DNA of 64,000 nt from an uncultured virus (IMG/VR IMGVR_UViG_3300032330_000970) (IMGVR_UViG_3300032330_000970), one strand, 5' to 3'. Counted from the stretch's first letter, positions 37,950-47,469 are shown. Numbers and translations: made by a program. The notes: generated from the letters alone by a model not told the origin.

Positions 37950-38160
37950 CTTTCATCCTTCCCCCAGCTCGCGCTAAGGGTCGGTTATGATTTGTAGTAA
38001 CAATGCCAGTTCCTATCGGAACTATCCATTGTTGCTACTGTCAAAACTTTTCCCTGGCGGCATCCCAGAGCTTTTAATGCCCGAATTCTGCTAGACCGTT
38101 TCAATCTTTATAGGTCTTGTTCGGCAAGGGTCTCAATCTTTATACCTGCACCGAACTAGA
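37950..38160 (-). promoter_or_regulatory. Structured 5' leader of the capsid gene
   Basis: Twin hairpins with loop UAUAAAGAUUGARAC, an H-type pseudoknot, a long GAUA-capped hairpin and a GCGA-capped hairpin. Confidence 0.65.
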
Positions 38161-38162
38161 TA

Positions 38163-38190
38163 AAAGTATCAACCGGTTGGAACGTGTCAA
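38163..38190 (-). promoter_or_regulatory. Sigma70-type promoter of the capsid operon
   Basis: TTGACA-N16-TACTTT. Confidence 0.7.
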
Positions 38191-38204
38191 TACTTTTAAC
38201 AAAT

Positions 38205-39431
38205 TTATTTTAAACCACGCTCCAAAGCATCTAAGAAGTTAAGGTCGGCTGGCATTTCAGCAGAAAAACCTTTAGAGCTCCCGGCTGAGGGGGTAGCGGA
38301 TCTTAGTTCTTTAGCAAGGTTCTCAAGCTCTGCAATCCTTGCTTGGGATTTGCTGACATAATCCTGAAACACATTCATAACAACAGGCATTGCCGCCGCG
38401 CTAAAAGTCAATTTGGCTTTTGAACGTGGGTCAAGTTCAGTATTCTCAATATCAAAAGCTTGTTTTTGAATACTTTGAATAGTGTTATTCCATTGTTCGT
38501 TTCCTTCAATAGGGCGCAAAAGAGCGTTTTCTTTCTGCATATTTTCCCATTCAGATTGATAAGCACTTTGAATTTCGGTCTGCATTCTTTTATGAGTAGC
38601 CTCGCGCTGTTGTTTTTCTTCAGACTCAATCAACTGCAAGACAGTATTAACGTCTTTAGTTAAAACATCTCTACGAGCAAATACTTTATGAAGCTCTTCG
38701 GCTTTAGTTCGAACGGCAAGTGAATCCACCGGGTCAAAAGTACTCGTCGCTTCTTTAAGCATAGCCCTGCGTTTGGCGGGATCTGTTTCGGCCATAGCTA
38801 CGTAAAGATTGCGGGGATCAACATTTTCATAAAGAGATGCAATTTCAGCCACTTCTTGTTGTAGATTACTTAATGGTTCAGTCACTGCTTGTTTATACTC
38901 GCGAGTAGACTCAAGCCTAGAAAACTTTAATTCGTTTTCATACTCATCTCGCTCGGCCTTAAGCGTATCTAACTGACTTTGTAAATTAGCTTGCTCAACG
39001 GAAGTATTTGAAGTATCAGATATTTTTGTTTCAAGATCTTTAAGTTTTGTTCGGGCATCCCGCAAATCTTTGGTAAGGCGAGCCCAAGCAGTTTGGGCTT
39101 CTGGTTTGAGATTATCTGGAGCCTTAATATCCAAATCATCGGCTGCATCAGTTTTTGACTGAGAAACAACTTCTTCTTTACCGGTCAAACGTTTGGTCAA
39201 CACATCCAAAGGATTTGTGTTGCTTGAAGCATCTGATTTTGAGGTAGAAACAACTTCTTGATTTTTTACGGGTTCAGGAGCGACAGCAATTGGTGCAGTT
39301 TCCGAAACTGCTGGTTTATCGATGGACTCAAATCCTTTGTCTAAAGCATCAGCAAAAGATACAAAATTATCTCCCGACGGCGCTGGAGTTGATGCTGGTG
39401 TTTCTGGTGTTGCAATGGTTGTTTCGCTCAT
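38205..39431 (-). CDS. Capsid scaffolding protein
   Basis: Acidic disordered N-terminus and long coiled coils; between portal and MCP. Confidence 0.7.
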   Translation of the reverse strand: MSETTIATPETPASTPAPSGDNFVSFADALDKGFESIDKPAVSETAPIAVAPEPVKNQEVVSTSKSDASSNTNPLDVLTKRLTGKEEVVSQSKTDAADDLDIKAPDNLKPEAQTAWARLTKDLRDARTKLKDLETKISDTSNTSVEQANLQSQLDTLKAERDEYENELKFSRLESTREYKQAVTEPLSNLQQEVAEIASLYENVDPRNLYVAMAETDPAKRRAMLKEATSTFDPVDSLAVRTKAEELHKVFARRDVLTKDVNTVLQLIESEEKQQREATHKRMQTEIQSAYQSEWENMQKENALLRPIEGNEQWNNTIQSIQKQAFDIENTELDPRSKAKLTFSAAAMPVVMNVFQDYVSKSQARIAELENLAKELRSATPSAGSSKGFSAEMPADLNFLDALERGLK

Positions 39432-39443
39432 GGTTGATTTTCC

Positions 39444-39734
39444 TTATTGGTTTGTGGTTTCTATTTTAGTTTCCCAGGGTTCTGGTAATTCGTCCTTCCG
39501 GACAAAATCTTCGGATAAAGAATTTAAAACACGAAGCGCTTCAAAATAACCTTCCCTGCGGGCATTTAAAGTGGCGTTCCAATCAATAAAATCTACTCCG
39601 ACTGGAGGCATAGTTGGAATAGGAACACCAAGATTTGTAAGAACTTTTGTTAACGCTTCGCCAGCTTCAGAACGGCAAAATGTTTTCCAAGCAATTTTAA
39701 AATCGTCTCGTTTATTCCAATCGTTTAATGTCAT
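39444..39734 (-). CDS. Hypothetical protein (portal-adjacent)
   Basis: ATGA overlap with the portal stop. Confidence 0.7.
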   Translation of the reverse strand: MTLNDWNKRDDFKIAWKTFCRSEAGEALTKVLTNLGVPIPTMPPVGVDFIDWNATLNARREGYFEALRVLNSLSEDFVRKDELPEPWETKIETTNQ

Positions 39735-42001
39735 GCTTTTGGTGCGGTGTTAGTTTTCAACGCGGCACTTAAACTAGCCGCAGCTTGAGCATCTTGTAAA
39801 GCTAATTTTTGTTTCATCTCAGCTTCTTTAAACTTAGCATCCATCATGGCTTTCTCTTGTTTCAACTGCATATCAAGCTGATGTTCTTGCATTTTCATTT
39901 GCATTTGTGGAGTTATCGACTGAACTTGTCCTTGTTCCAATGCCGCTTGTTGCTGTTGTTCGTTTGCGTTACGAATATCTTCCTCAACATCGCGTTGTAA
40001 ATTAACAACAGCTTCTCTCATCAAATTCATGGCCATCTTAATTTGCCCAAGCTCTGCTTGCTTAGTTTGGTCTTGAGCAATCTTAACAAAGTGATCGTTA
40101 ACGTGCTGGAACATTATAGAAAGATAAGCCAGAGCCTGTTGTTTGTTTTCCACTTGTTTATTCTGTACTGCTTGAACAATATTTCCACTGTCTCCAAGGT
40201 GAACAGATAAATGAATAGAATGATTTTCGCTGGGAAGAACACTCATTTGCTTGCCTTCCTGCATGGCTGCATTTTCTAACTGAGCAATTTTGGCGTCCGC
40301 GGGAATACGATTTTTTACATTTGGATTCGGTAAATATCGATCAACCTGGTCGTAACCAACCCGCGCAGCAATCCTATCGCGAATAGCGTTAACTTGTCCA
40401 ACTTCGTCAAAACGTGGAAGCATACCCATAAACTCATTGAAAGCAGTAATACGAGCGGCTGGTGAACCCAAACCAACAGACTTGACAGGTTCAACGCTGT
40501 ACACAGCTTTTACTGCTTCCCACGGAACGCCTCTTTCTTGCAAACGCCCGCGAAACATCATTGCCTCTTCTGCTCCGTCTTCTCCAGGAATCCAAATATC
40601 CCGTTGCAATCTACGAAACTGTTCCCGAAGCAATCTACCCCAAGGAACGTAAAACAAATTCATTGAATTTGTTGTCAAGATACTTTCATTAGCTACTTGT
40701 GCTTCTACTTCCGTGGCGGTCCTGGGATTTCCAGACGGACCGTTCATTTGAGTCCTATAAGAGCCGGTATTGCTTTGGCGAACCATCGCCATCTCATTGA
40801 TTAAAGGTTGAACATTAGCAGCAAGATTGGGATACTGGGTTTGAACTACATTAAGGCCGGGAGGTAAAAATGACAACGGTCCGGAATACGCCATTGACAT
40901 TCGAGATACGTCTTCTCCGCTTTGTGGTTGAAGAAGAACAGAGGTCTGCAACATGGCGCCATCTGCCATGGCACAACGCAAACGATTTGTCATCTGGATG
41001 TGCGGAAAAATTTTATACCCTAAACCGCGGATTGAATGATAAGTGCCGTTACCAATCCCATATGTAAAGATATGAAAAGCTTCTGCCGCATTTTTAAACC
41101 GACCAATCTTCTTAAATAAGAAATCACCACTTCCGTCTCTTCGCCCAATTGCGTGAGAATAAGATCCATCAAACTCACGAACATAATAATGCACAACATG
41201 GATTTCTTTGGACCGAACGTGGGCAAAATAAAGATCGTTGTTCTTCATCTGCCTCTGTAATTCTTCCCAATTCAACCCCTCGTTAGGGAAAGTAGTGGTG
41301 GCGTCCATAATTGCTTGTCTGGCGGCATCAACATTCCATCCGGCTTGAGCAGCAATTTTAGGATCTTTAATGTATTCATACAATTCGTGAGTCAAATAAA
41401 TTCTACGAACGCAAGCAATATCTACTTTTCCTTCGGTGGCGGAAGTGCCGCGGGGCATAAAGAAATCTCCAATCGGACAAACGTTCCACTTCCAATTTCT
41501 TTCGTCTTCAAAAAAAGCAATTCCTAAACCTTGAGATACAAAGTAATAAGAAAGCAACTGTTGTTTAAAGTAAAAACTATCCCAGTCTTTTGTGATAAGA
41601 CGATTAAACTCTTCTGCAATAATAGCCCCGTATTCTTCCCTCTGGCTCTCATCGCCAAACTTGGTTCTAATATTAACCAAACGATCAACGGAAGTTACAA
41701 GATCATTATACGAAGTCAGGGCTTTTTCCAAATCTGCTCCGGCTTCACCAAAGTTTAAATTAGCTCTATAACTTTGTCCAAGCCGTCGCAAAACGGTTGG
41801 TTCGTATGGAGCCGCTCCGTCAAACATATCCATAATGCGGGCGCGGTCACGAGCTGACTGTTCATCGGCTAAATACAACTGTTGATACAAACCATGCAAA
41901 CCCTTTTGGTCTGTAATGCGTGTTTTTGGCGCCTTACCCTTGCTATCCAAATTTAACAAGGAGTCGTCTTTAGGGGCGGAAAGAGGATATTTAGGCTCCA
42001 C
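39731..42001 (-). CDS. Portal protein (podovirus/P22-like with C-terminal helical barrel)
   Basis: Follows TerL; RTATEVEAQ motif; Q/E-rich C-terminal coiled coil; GTG 42001 preferred because it lies downstream of the promoter. Confidence 0.8.
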   Translation of the reverse strand: MEPKYPLSAPKDDSLLNLDSKGKAPKTRITDQKGLHGLYQQLYLADEQSARDRARIMDMFDGAAPYEPTVLRRLGQSYRANLNFGEAGADLEKALTSYNDLVTSVDRLVNIRTKFGDESQREEYGAIIAEEFNRLITKDWDSFYFKQQLLSYYFVSQGLGIAFFEDERNWKWNVCPIGDFFMPRGTSATEGKVDIACVRRIYLTHELYEYIKDPKIAAQAGWNVDAARQAIMDATTTFPNEGLNWEELQRQMKNNDLYFAHVRSKEIHVVHYYVREFDGSYSHAIGRRDGSGDFLFKKIGRFKNAAEAFHIFTYGIGNGTYHSIRGLGYKIFPHIQMTNRLRCAMADGAMLQTSVLLQPQSGEDVSRMSMAYSGPLSFLPPGLNVVQTQYPNLAANVQPLINEMAMVRQSNTGSYRTQMNGPSGNPRTATEVEAQVANESILTTNSMNLFYVPWGRLLREQFRRLQRDIWIPGEDGAEEAMMFRGRLQERGVPWEAVKAVYSVEPVKSVGLGSPAARITAFNEFMGMLPRFDEVGQVNAIRDRIAARVGYDQVDRYLPNPNVKNRIPADAKIAQLENAAMQEGKQMSVLPSENHSIHLSVHLGDSGNIVQAVQNKQVENKQQALAYLSIMFQHVNDHFVKIAQDQTKQAELGQIKMAMNLMREAVVNLQRDVEEDIRNANEQQQQAALEQGQVQSITPQMQMKMQEHQLDMQLKQEKAMMDAKFKEAEMKQKLALQDAQAAASLSAALKTNTAPKA

Positions 42002-42011
42002 AAGTTCGTCT

Positions 42012-42040
42012 AGTATGTAGGAACGGCATGTTCCTGTCAA
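42012..42040 (-). promoter_or_regulatory. Sigma70-type promoter, near-leaderless
   Basis: TTGACA-N17-CATACT-N10-GTG. Confidence 0.65.
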
Positions 42041-42051
42041 TCAGATTTGAA

Positions 42052-43788
42052 TTAACCAAGGAAGGAAGAATCTGCTATTGCTTGATCTAATTTTCTTACT
42101 TGGGTTTGCCAAGAGTCCCTCATTTTACCGCCCACAAGTGAACCAGCTTGAATACCAAGTCTTTGCCTAGCTAAATCAAGTCCTAGGAAAAAAGCATCAG
42201 CCAAATCGGGGGATCGACCAAGTCGCAGTTTATAATCTCGTTTGGGTTCAATAGTTACTTTCCCTCCGGCAGTGGTAGTATACTTTCGACCAGTCATCTC
42301 TTTGGCTAAGTCGGGAAGTATTCCTTTAAGCTGACCCGATCTCATATACTCAACCCCTGAAAACCAAAGTTCGGTAACACGATTTGTATATTTGTCTAAG
42401 CCTCGAATAGGGTTAGTAATACTGACTGGTAGGATTGATGCCTTCTCTCCGAACTTGATTCGCACAATTCTTGGAGACCATAGCTCGGCCAAGATATCGC
42501 AAAACGGATCACCCGCGCCAGTGGCATCTATGGCCAGCCGTTCAGGTGGGACACCAGATTCATTGCACAGCCGAACAACTTCTCTAGCAATTTGAAAGTT
42601 TCTAGGCTCGGGCTTGGTGACATCTTCTTTTAAGTGATGAAACTTATGTAAGGCCACAGCGGGACCTGACTCCTCACTCTGCCCGTATTTAACAATAGCC
42701 AGTACAGATCTATCTCCTCCGTTTGTAAACGCAGGATCGAATCCAGCCAAGAAGAGGGGAGGATTTGACCATCTAGGTTCTTTAGATACATCGTACTTTC
42801 TAAAATCAGCTTCCGAATAAATGCCCTCTTCAGCTCCAACAGGAGCGGGAAAACTTCTAATGAACCGCCAGAATGACAGAGAGTTTTCTCCTTCATTCTC
42901 AATAGCGTACTTTACTTGCTTGGAGGTTAACAAAAACGGCCATTTATCATTGTGTTCGATGTTGGGCGTTTTAAGTCCGTCCAAGTGAATGCATTTTCCC
43001 GTTTTGGTATCCCACTCATCGGCGTCTACCGTTATTGAGTTCCAGCCATCTTTCGGTGTGGAAAATACTCCAAAGGGGTCGTACTGCGAATTAAAGTTCC
43101 CAAGAGCGACGCATTGGAACTGAGGGTTAGCATTAAGATTATTAATGGCTTCAAATACGGAATTGGTGACGTCGGTGGCTTCGTCAATAATTAGAAATAC
43201 TCTTTTATTCTTTAAACCAATTAGTTTAGCGGTCGCTTCTTTTTCCTTGTCGGGACTGGAGGGAACTAAAGTTATAGAGGATCGATCCGAAGCTTCGCCG
43301 GACTCAGATACGTCTAATACAATTTTACCCATGGAGTCAATTAGCTTTCCTGGAAGTCCTGGAACCTGCATATACCGCTCGCGTATTGAACCCCATAAAC
43401 GCTTTCTAGCTTCGCGAACGCTGGTCGTAGTAACCAATACAAGAGTTTCATGCGGGGCACACAGCCAATTAACAAGACCCCACATGGCCATAGTAGAAGT
43501 TTTAGCTGAAGATTTTGGTCCGGAAATGGCTAGGTAGTTATGTTCGCAAGCTCGCTCAATCATCCAGTCGGCCCAAGGGTGCCAATGAAATCCGTTTTTA
43601 CTTTTAGTTTTGTGGTAAGGCCATAAAATATCCACCACATTTTTAAAGTGCTGAGCCTTGCCCAAACCTCCATCTTCCGGGCGCAAACCCCATTTGAAGG
43701 CGAGCAATTCAATGTCGAGGTCGCCAGCACCATCGGGCCAGGACTTTCCATATTTCTCTATAGGCAAGGGACTACTCTGCATAATCAC
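42052..43788 (-). CDS. terL: Terminase large subunit
   Basis: Walker A-like GPKSSAKT, Walker B LIIDEA, LGN, nuclease GFDPA..GGD, IDATGAG, SPDLADA; true start may be ATG 43782 or TTG 43767. Confidence 0.92.
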   Translation of the reverse strand: MIMQSSPLPIEKYGKSWPDGAGDLDIELLAFKWGLRPEDGGLGKAQHFKNVVDILWPYHKTKSKNGFHWHPWADWMIERACEHNYLAISGPKSSAKTSTMAMWGLVNWLCAPHETLVLVTTTSVREARKRLWGSIRERYMQVPGLPGKLIDSMGKIVLDVSESGEASDRSSITLVPSSPDKEKEATAKLIGLKNKRVFLIIDEATDVTNSVFEAINNLNANPQFQCVALGNFNSQYDPFGVFSTPKDGWNSITVDADEWDTKTGKCIHLDGLKTPNIEHNDKWPFLLTSKQVKYAIENEGENSLSFWRFIRSFPAPVGAEEGIYSEADFRKYDVSKEPRWSNPPLFLAGFDPAFTNGGDRSVLAIVKYGQSEESGPAVALHKFHHLKEDVTKPEPRNFQIAREVVRLCNESGVPPERLAIDATGAGDPFCDILAELWSPRIVRIKFGEKASILPVSITNPIRGLDKYTNRVTELWFSGVEYMRSGQLKGILPDLAKEMTGRKYTTTAGGKVTIEPKRDYKLRLGRSPDLADAFFLGLDLARQRLGIQAGSLVGGKMRDSWQTQVRKLDQAIADSSFLG

Positions 43789-43816
43789 TTGACAGTTGTC
43801 AATTTGAGTTCACCCT
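43774..43816. promoter_or_regulatory. Overlapping divergent promoters between the structural and replication arms
   Basis: Near-palindrome TTGACAGTTGTCAA (43789-43802) supplies both -35 boxes; minus -10 CAGAGT at N17, plus -10 CACCCT at N16. Confidence 0.6.
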
Positions 43817-43845
43817 ACGTTCCACGATGAATACACACTCAAAAA

Positions 43846-44247
43846 ATGAACAGTTGTACAAAAGGCAAAGTTGGAGAGCGTGAGTGGCGCGATGTCCTCA
43901 AGGCGAAAGGTTTCGAGGCAAGGCGCGGTCGCCAGTTCTCGGGGAGCCCAGAATCGCCAGATGTTGTCAGCAACCTCCCTTTTCATTTTGAAGTCAAAAG
44001 GGTTGAGGCACTCAACATTAATAAAGCAATGGAACAGGCCAAACGAGACAGTGGCAAGAGTGTGCCAGTTGTGGCCCATAGAAAAAACAAGTGCCCGTGG
44101 CTTGTTACGATGGCTGCGGAAGATTGGCTTGAATTAGTTCGTGAAAGACACTCAGACGCTTGTTCAGCTGCACCCGTGGCAGGAGAAATCAAAAAGTATT
44201 ATACTTCGGGCAATTCAGAACCACTCGATCGCGCTGGATTGCTCTGA
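43846..44247 (+). CDS. Holliday junction resolvase (Hjc-like PD-(D/E)XK)
   Basis: KGKVGERE..RRGRQFSG..PDV..FEVKRVE. Confidence 0.8.
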   Translation: MNSCTKGKVGEREWRDVLKAKGFEARRGRQFSGSPESPDVVSNLPFHFEVKRVEALNINKAMEQAKRDSGKSVPVVAHRKNKCPWLVTMAAEDWLELVRERHSDACSAAPVAGEIKKYYTSGNSEPLDRAGLL

Positions 44248-45445
44248 TACTGGGACTGGAAAAACAGTAACTGCTTGTTCGGTAGTCAAAGAACTCAACA
44301 TTCCGTTTGCAATTGTAGCTCCTAAAATAGTTCTTCCAGCCTGGAAAGAATGGTGTAGCACTTTTGGGCTACAACCAAAATTTGTACTTAACTACGAAAA
44401 GTTGCGTACTGGTAACACTCCTCACATTAAAAAACTAGGAAATAAACAATGGGAGTGGACGGACAGCAATCCTAATTTTATGTACATATTCGACGAAGTG
44501 CATAAGTGTAAAAGCTATAAGTCTCAAAATGGGGCAATGCTTGAGGCTGCAAAATCTTCTAAAATCCTGATGTTGTCAGCTACCGCGGCTGGCAGTCCAT
44601 TGGATATGCGTTTTACGGGGAGACTATTGGGGTTACACAACGGAGTAAACTTTTTTAGTTGGCTTCACAAGAACGGTGTAGTTAAAGCTCCGTGGGGAGG
44701 AATGACTTTTCGTGGGGGAAAGAAAGTTCTTACGGACATCCATTCGAAGGTATTCCCGGACAAGGGGGTTCGAATAAAGATTAGTGAGCTTGGAGATGCT
44801 TTCCCAAGCAATCAGGTTAACGCTCAAACGTTTGACATTTCCCCAAAGATCGGAGAACTATATCAGCAAGTGGAGCGAGAGATAGCCGAACTGAAAGACA
44901 AAGCCAAAGACGATAGAGATCCGGAAAGCCCTTTAACAAAACGCCTCCGCATGAGACAGGAAATTGAACTTTTGCGAGTTCCTGTGATTGTAGAAATGGC
45001 GGAAGAATTTCTTGCGGAAGATAAAAGCGTTGTCTGCTTTGTGAACTTCAGACAAACATTGGAAGCAATCGGAGAGCGGATGAAAAAACTAAAACCTTTG
45101 TTTATCCACGGCGGGCAATCTTCTGAAGAGCGGGAGGACAATGTAAAGGCATTTCAGTCGAACGCACATCATCTATTGTTGTGTCAAATTAATGCCGGAG
45201 GAGTTGGGGTGAATCTTCACGATTTACACGGAAGACCGCGCGTATCGCTAATCAGCCCAACGTACTCGGCTATTGATTTGAAACAGGCTCTTGGTCGTAT
45301 CCATCGTTCGGGAGCAAAATCGCCAGCTCTTCAATATATTTTGTTTGCAGCAAATTCTGTTGAAGAAGAAGTCAGCCAATCTGTCAAGAGAAAACTTCGT
45401 AACATTGATTTATTGAACGACGGCGATTTGTTAACTCATAATTAA
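44141..45445 (+). CDS. SF2 (SNF2-like DEAD/H) DNA helicase
   Basis: TGTGKT, LNYE, DEVH, SAT, GGVGVNL, QALGRIHR. Confidence 0.92.
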   Translation: MKDTQTLVQLHPWQEKSKSIILRAIQNHSIALDCSDTGTGKTVTACSVVKELNIPFAIVAPKIVLPAWKEWCSTFGLQPKFVLNYEKLRTGNTPHIKKLGNKQWEWTDSNPNFMYIFDEVHKCKSYKSQNGAMLEAAKSSKILMLSATAAGSPLDMRFTGRLLGLHNGVNFFSWLHKNGVVKAPWGGMTFRGGKKVLTDIHSKVFPDKGVRIKISELGDAFPSNQVNAQTFDISPKIGELYQQVEREIAELKDKAKDDRDPESPLTKRLRMRQEIELLRVPVIVEMAEEFLAEDKSVVCFVNFRQTLEAIGERMKKLKPLFIHGGQSSEEREDNVKAFQSNAHHLLLCQINAGGVGVNLHDLHGRPRVSLISPTYSAIDLKQALGRIHRSGAKSPALQYILFAANSVEEEVSQSVKRKLRNIDLLNDGDLLTHN

Positions 45446-45448
45446 TCC

Positions 45449-45476
45449 TTGACGATTGTGATTCCAGAGTCACAAT
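45449..45476 (+). promoter_or_regulatory. Sigma70-type promoter
   Basis: TTGACG-N16-CACAAT-N13-ATG. Confidence 0.6.
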
Positions 45477-45489
45477 CTACCCCACGCTA

Positions 45490-45726
45490 ATGGACACTCA
45501 ACACGCAAGGTATAGCCCAAGCACTCTTAAAAACCGCGAACTCTGTCCGGGGTATGAACCCAAGAGAGACGGAGAAGTACATATTGTTACTCAACGGGGA
45601 ACCGCTATGCATCACGCTTGTGAAATGAGCGACTTTGAAAATTTGAATGCCGACGAAACTAAACTTGTAATGAAATGTTTAGACTACATCGAACGTTTAC
45701 GAGCGGAGTTGACTACTGATGCTTGA
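45490..45726 (+). CDS. N-terminal part of a DUF2800/Cas4-like nuclease
   Basis: HARYSPS..CPG..RGTAMH..E. Confidence 0.75.
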   Translation: MDTQHARYSPSTLKNRELCPGYEPKRDGEVHIVTQRGTAMHHACEMSDFENLNADETKLVMKCLDYIERLRAELTTDA

Positions 45727-46591
45727 CCTCAAAGAAATTAAGCTAGAGGTTTTTGATCAATGGGGTTTTGTAGACCGATTGATGATTCGCGGTAATAAAG
45801 CGCATTTGATTGATTATAAATTTGGGTTCAACCCCGTAGATGATGCGGAGCATAATGCTCAGATGTGGGCTTATACGTTGGGTGTATTTGATAAATACGA
45901 TTACATTGACGAGGTAACAGTTCACATTTTGCAGCCAAGACTAGATTTGATTTTCACCCATGCGTTTAGCCGCGAGGCTGACTACGGGAGAATCCACAAA
46001 AGAATAAAAGGAATCATAGACAAATGCAAAAATCATACGGAATTGGATTACACTCCGGGAGATCAGTGTATCTACTGTCACAAACTATCCGACTGTCCAG
46101 CAGTTCACGGAGCTACTATGCAAATTGTTAAAGCTTATGACATGGCGCACGACGCTCAACTTCCGGAGCTCTTTCAGCCAAGCCAACTATCCACCCCAGA
46201 ACGTAGGGCTCAAGCGCAACGTATTGCAATGGTTATGGAGGCTTGGTGTTCAAGTGTGCGTAAACACAATTTAGAATTTGCCAAAGAGGGTGGAGAAATT
46301 CCGGGGTATGGATTGAAAGAAATTCAAGGACGCCGTGAGATTAAGGACTCTCAGAAGGCTTGGGATTTGGTAAAGAATAAACTTACTCCCGAGGAGTTTA
46401 GCTCCGCGTGTGAGATTAAGTTCACAGATTTGGCCGATCTAGTTGCGGCCAAGGCGCCTCGCGGTCAGAAGACCGTGGCGAAAGAACAACTGGAAGATGA
46501 CCTCATCGCTGCCGAAGCAATGACGCGCGGGGAGCCATCTTATCAACTAAGAAAAAATAAAGAAGTAAAAGAGCTAAAACAAATAAAATGA
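45719..46591 (+). CDS. C-terminal part of a DUF2800/Cas4-like PD-(D/E)XK exonuclease
   Basis: GFVD..IDYKFG..NAQMWAY..QPR..CIYC..C. Confidence 0.85.
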   Translation: MLDLKEIKLEVFDQWGFVDRLMIRGNKAHLIDYKFGFNPVDDAEHNAQMWAYTLGVFDKYDYIDEVTVHILQPRLDLIFTHAFSREADYGRIHKRIKGIIDKCKNHTELDYTPGDQCIYCHKLSDCPAVHGATMQIVKAYDMAHDAQLPELFQPSQLSTPERRAQAQRIAMVMEAWCSSVRKHNLEFAKEGGEIPGYGLKEIQGRREIKDSQKAWDLVKNKLTPEEFSSACEIKFTDLADLVAAKAPRGQKTVAKEQLEDDLIAAEAMTRGEPSYQLRKNKEVKELKQIK

Positions 46592-47304
46592 AAACATCAT
46601 TCAGTAAGAAGGATAAAGAAGCGGTAGAGGCAAACGAAGATAAGGCATTGGCGGTTGCGGAGAACAAATCTCCAACAATTACCAATCGCAACGCTGGAGT
46701 AGACGGAGAGTTCAAGGCTTCCGACTTTTTGATCCCAAGGATCAATCTTGTCGGTAAGACTGGAAACCTCAGCAATAACTTTCAGCCAGGTTCTTTTGTG
46801 TTCAACAAAGAACTTGTTGTTGGGAGCAAGGACTCGGCGATGGAAGCAATCATCACCCATATCCAGAAGAAATACATCCAGGAAATTCCTTACGGAACGG
46901 ATGTAATTCCAAAGATCTTTGCTTCGCAAGCCGAGGTAGAATCAGCGGGTGGGACTTTGGATATCTCCGAATCCGACGATGTGGATCGGTATATTCCATT
47001 CTTGGTTCTAACTTTGTTAGTTTCAGAACCTAAAGAAAAGAATCCGGTCTTCTCACTTGAAGGACCGGATAAAAAGAATTATGCGCTGGCGCAGTATAAT
47101 CTTACCAAGAGTGCGTACCGCGGAGCTGGTCGTCAGTTATTGACTGACAGTCAGACAGTATTGCGTGGTGGCCTAACAAAGGGTCGCTATCAAGTTAGCA
47201 GCAAGCTCAACACCAATACGATGGGTAGTTGGTTTACCCCCACGTTTAAATTGGCTGGAACAAACAATGACGAGTTCCAGGCTTGGGCTTCTAGCTTAAT
47301 CTAA
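46588..47304 (+). CDS. ssDNA-binding/annealing-type replication protein
   Basis: DFLIPRINLV..PGSF..SWFTP; position after the nuclease in the replication module. Confidence 0.55.
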   Translation: MKTSFSKKDKEAVEANEDKALAVAENKSPTITNRNAGVDGEFKASDFLIPRINLVGKTGNLSNNFQPGSFVFNKELVVGSKDSAMEAIITHIQKKYIQEIPYGTDVIPKIFASQAEVESAGGTLDISESDDVDRYIPFLVLTLLVSEPKEKNPVFSLEGPDKKNYALAQYNLTKSAYRGAGRQLLTDSQTVLRGGLTKGRYQVSSKLNTNTMGSWFTPTFKLAGTNNDEFQAWASSLI

Positions 47305-47316
47305 GCTAATGAAGAA

Positions 47317-47399
47317 GGGGAGACGTTCCGGCATGGTGCGACGCGAGAAGCGTCGACAGGTTAAGTGTTCCTTGCCGCGTGAAACACCGGACGTCCTCC
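47317..47399 (+). ncRNA. Candidate multi-stem structured RNA after the SSB-like gene
   Basis: Outer stem GACGTTCCGG/CCGGACGTC enclosing CGACGC-GAGAA-GCGTCG and AGG/CCT hairpins. Confidence 0.4.
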
Positions 47400-47469
47400 G
47401 TCAACTTGTACATCTTTTTCAAGATGTATTTCATTTTCAAGTACAAGCACCGATGCAAGTGAAAGGTAT

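Noticed and set aside
38098..38144. Two ATTGA(A/G)AC-ending repeats resembling CRISPR repeat 3' ends
   Set aside because: Only 15 nt are shared at a 32-nt period with two copies, leaving no room for repeat plus spacer, and no cas genes are present. Hairpin loops explain them better. A repeat-mimic role is not fully excluded.
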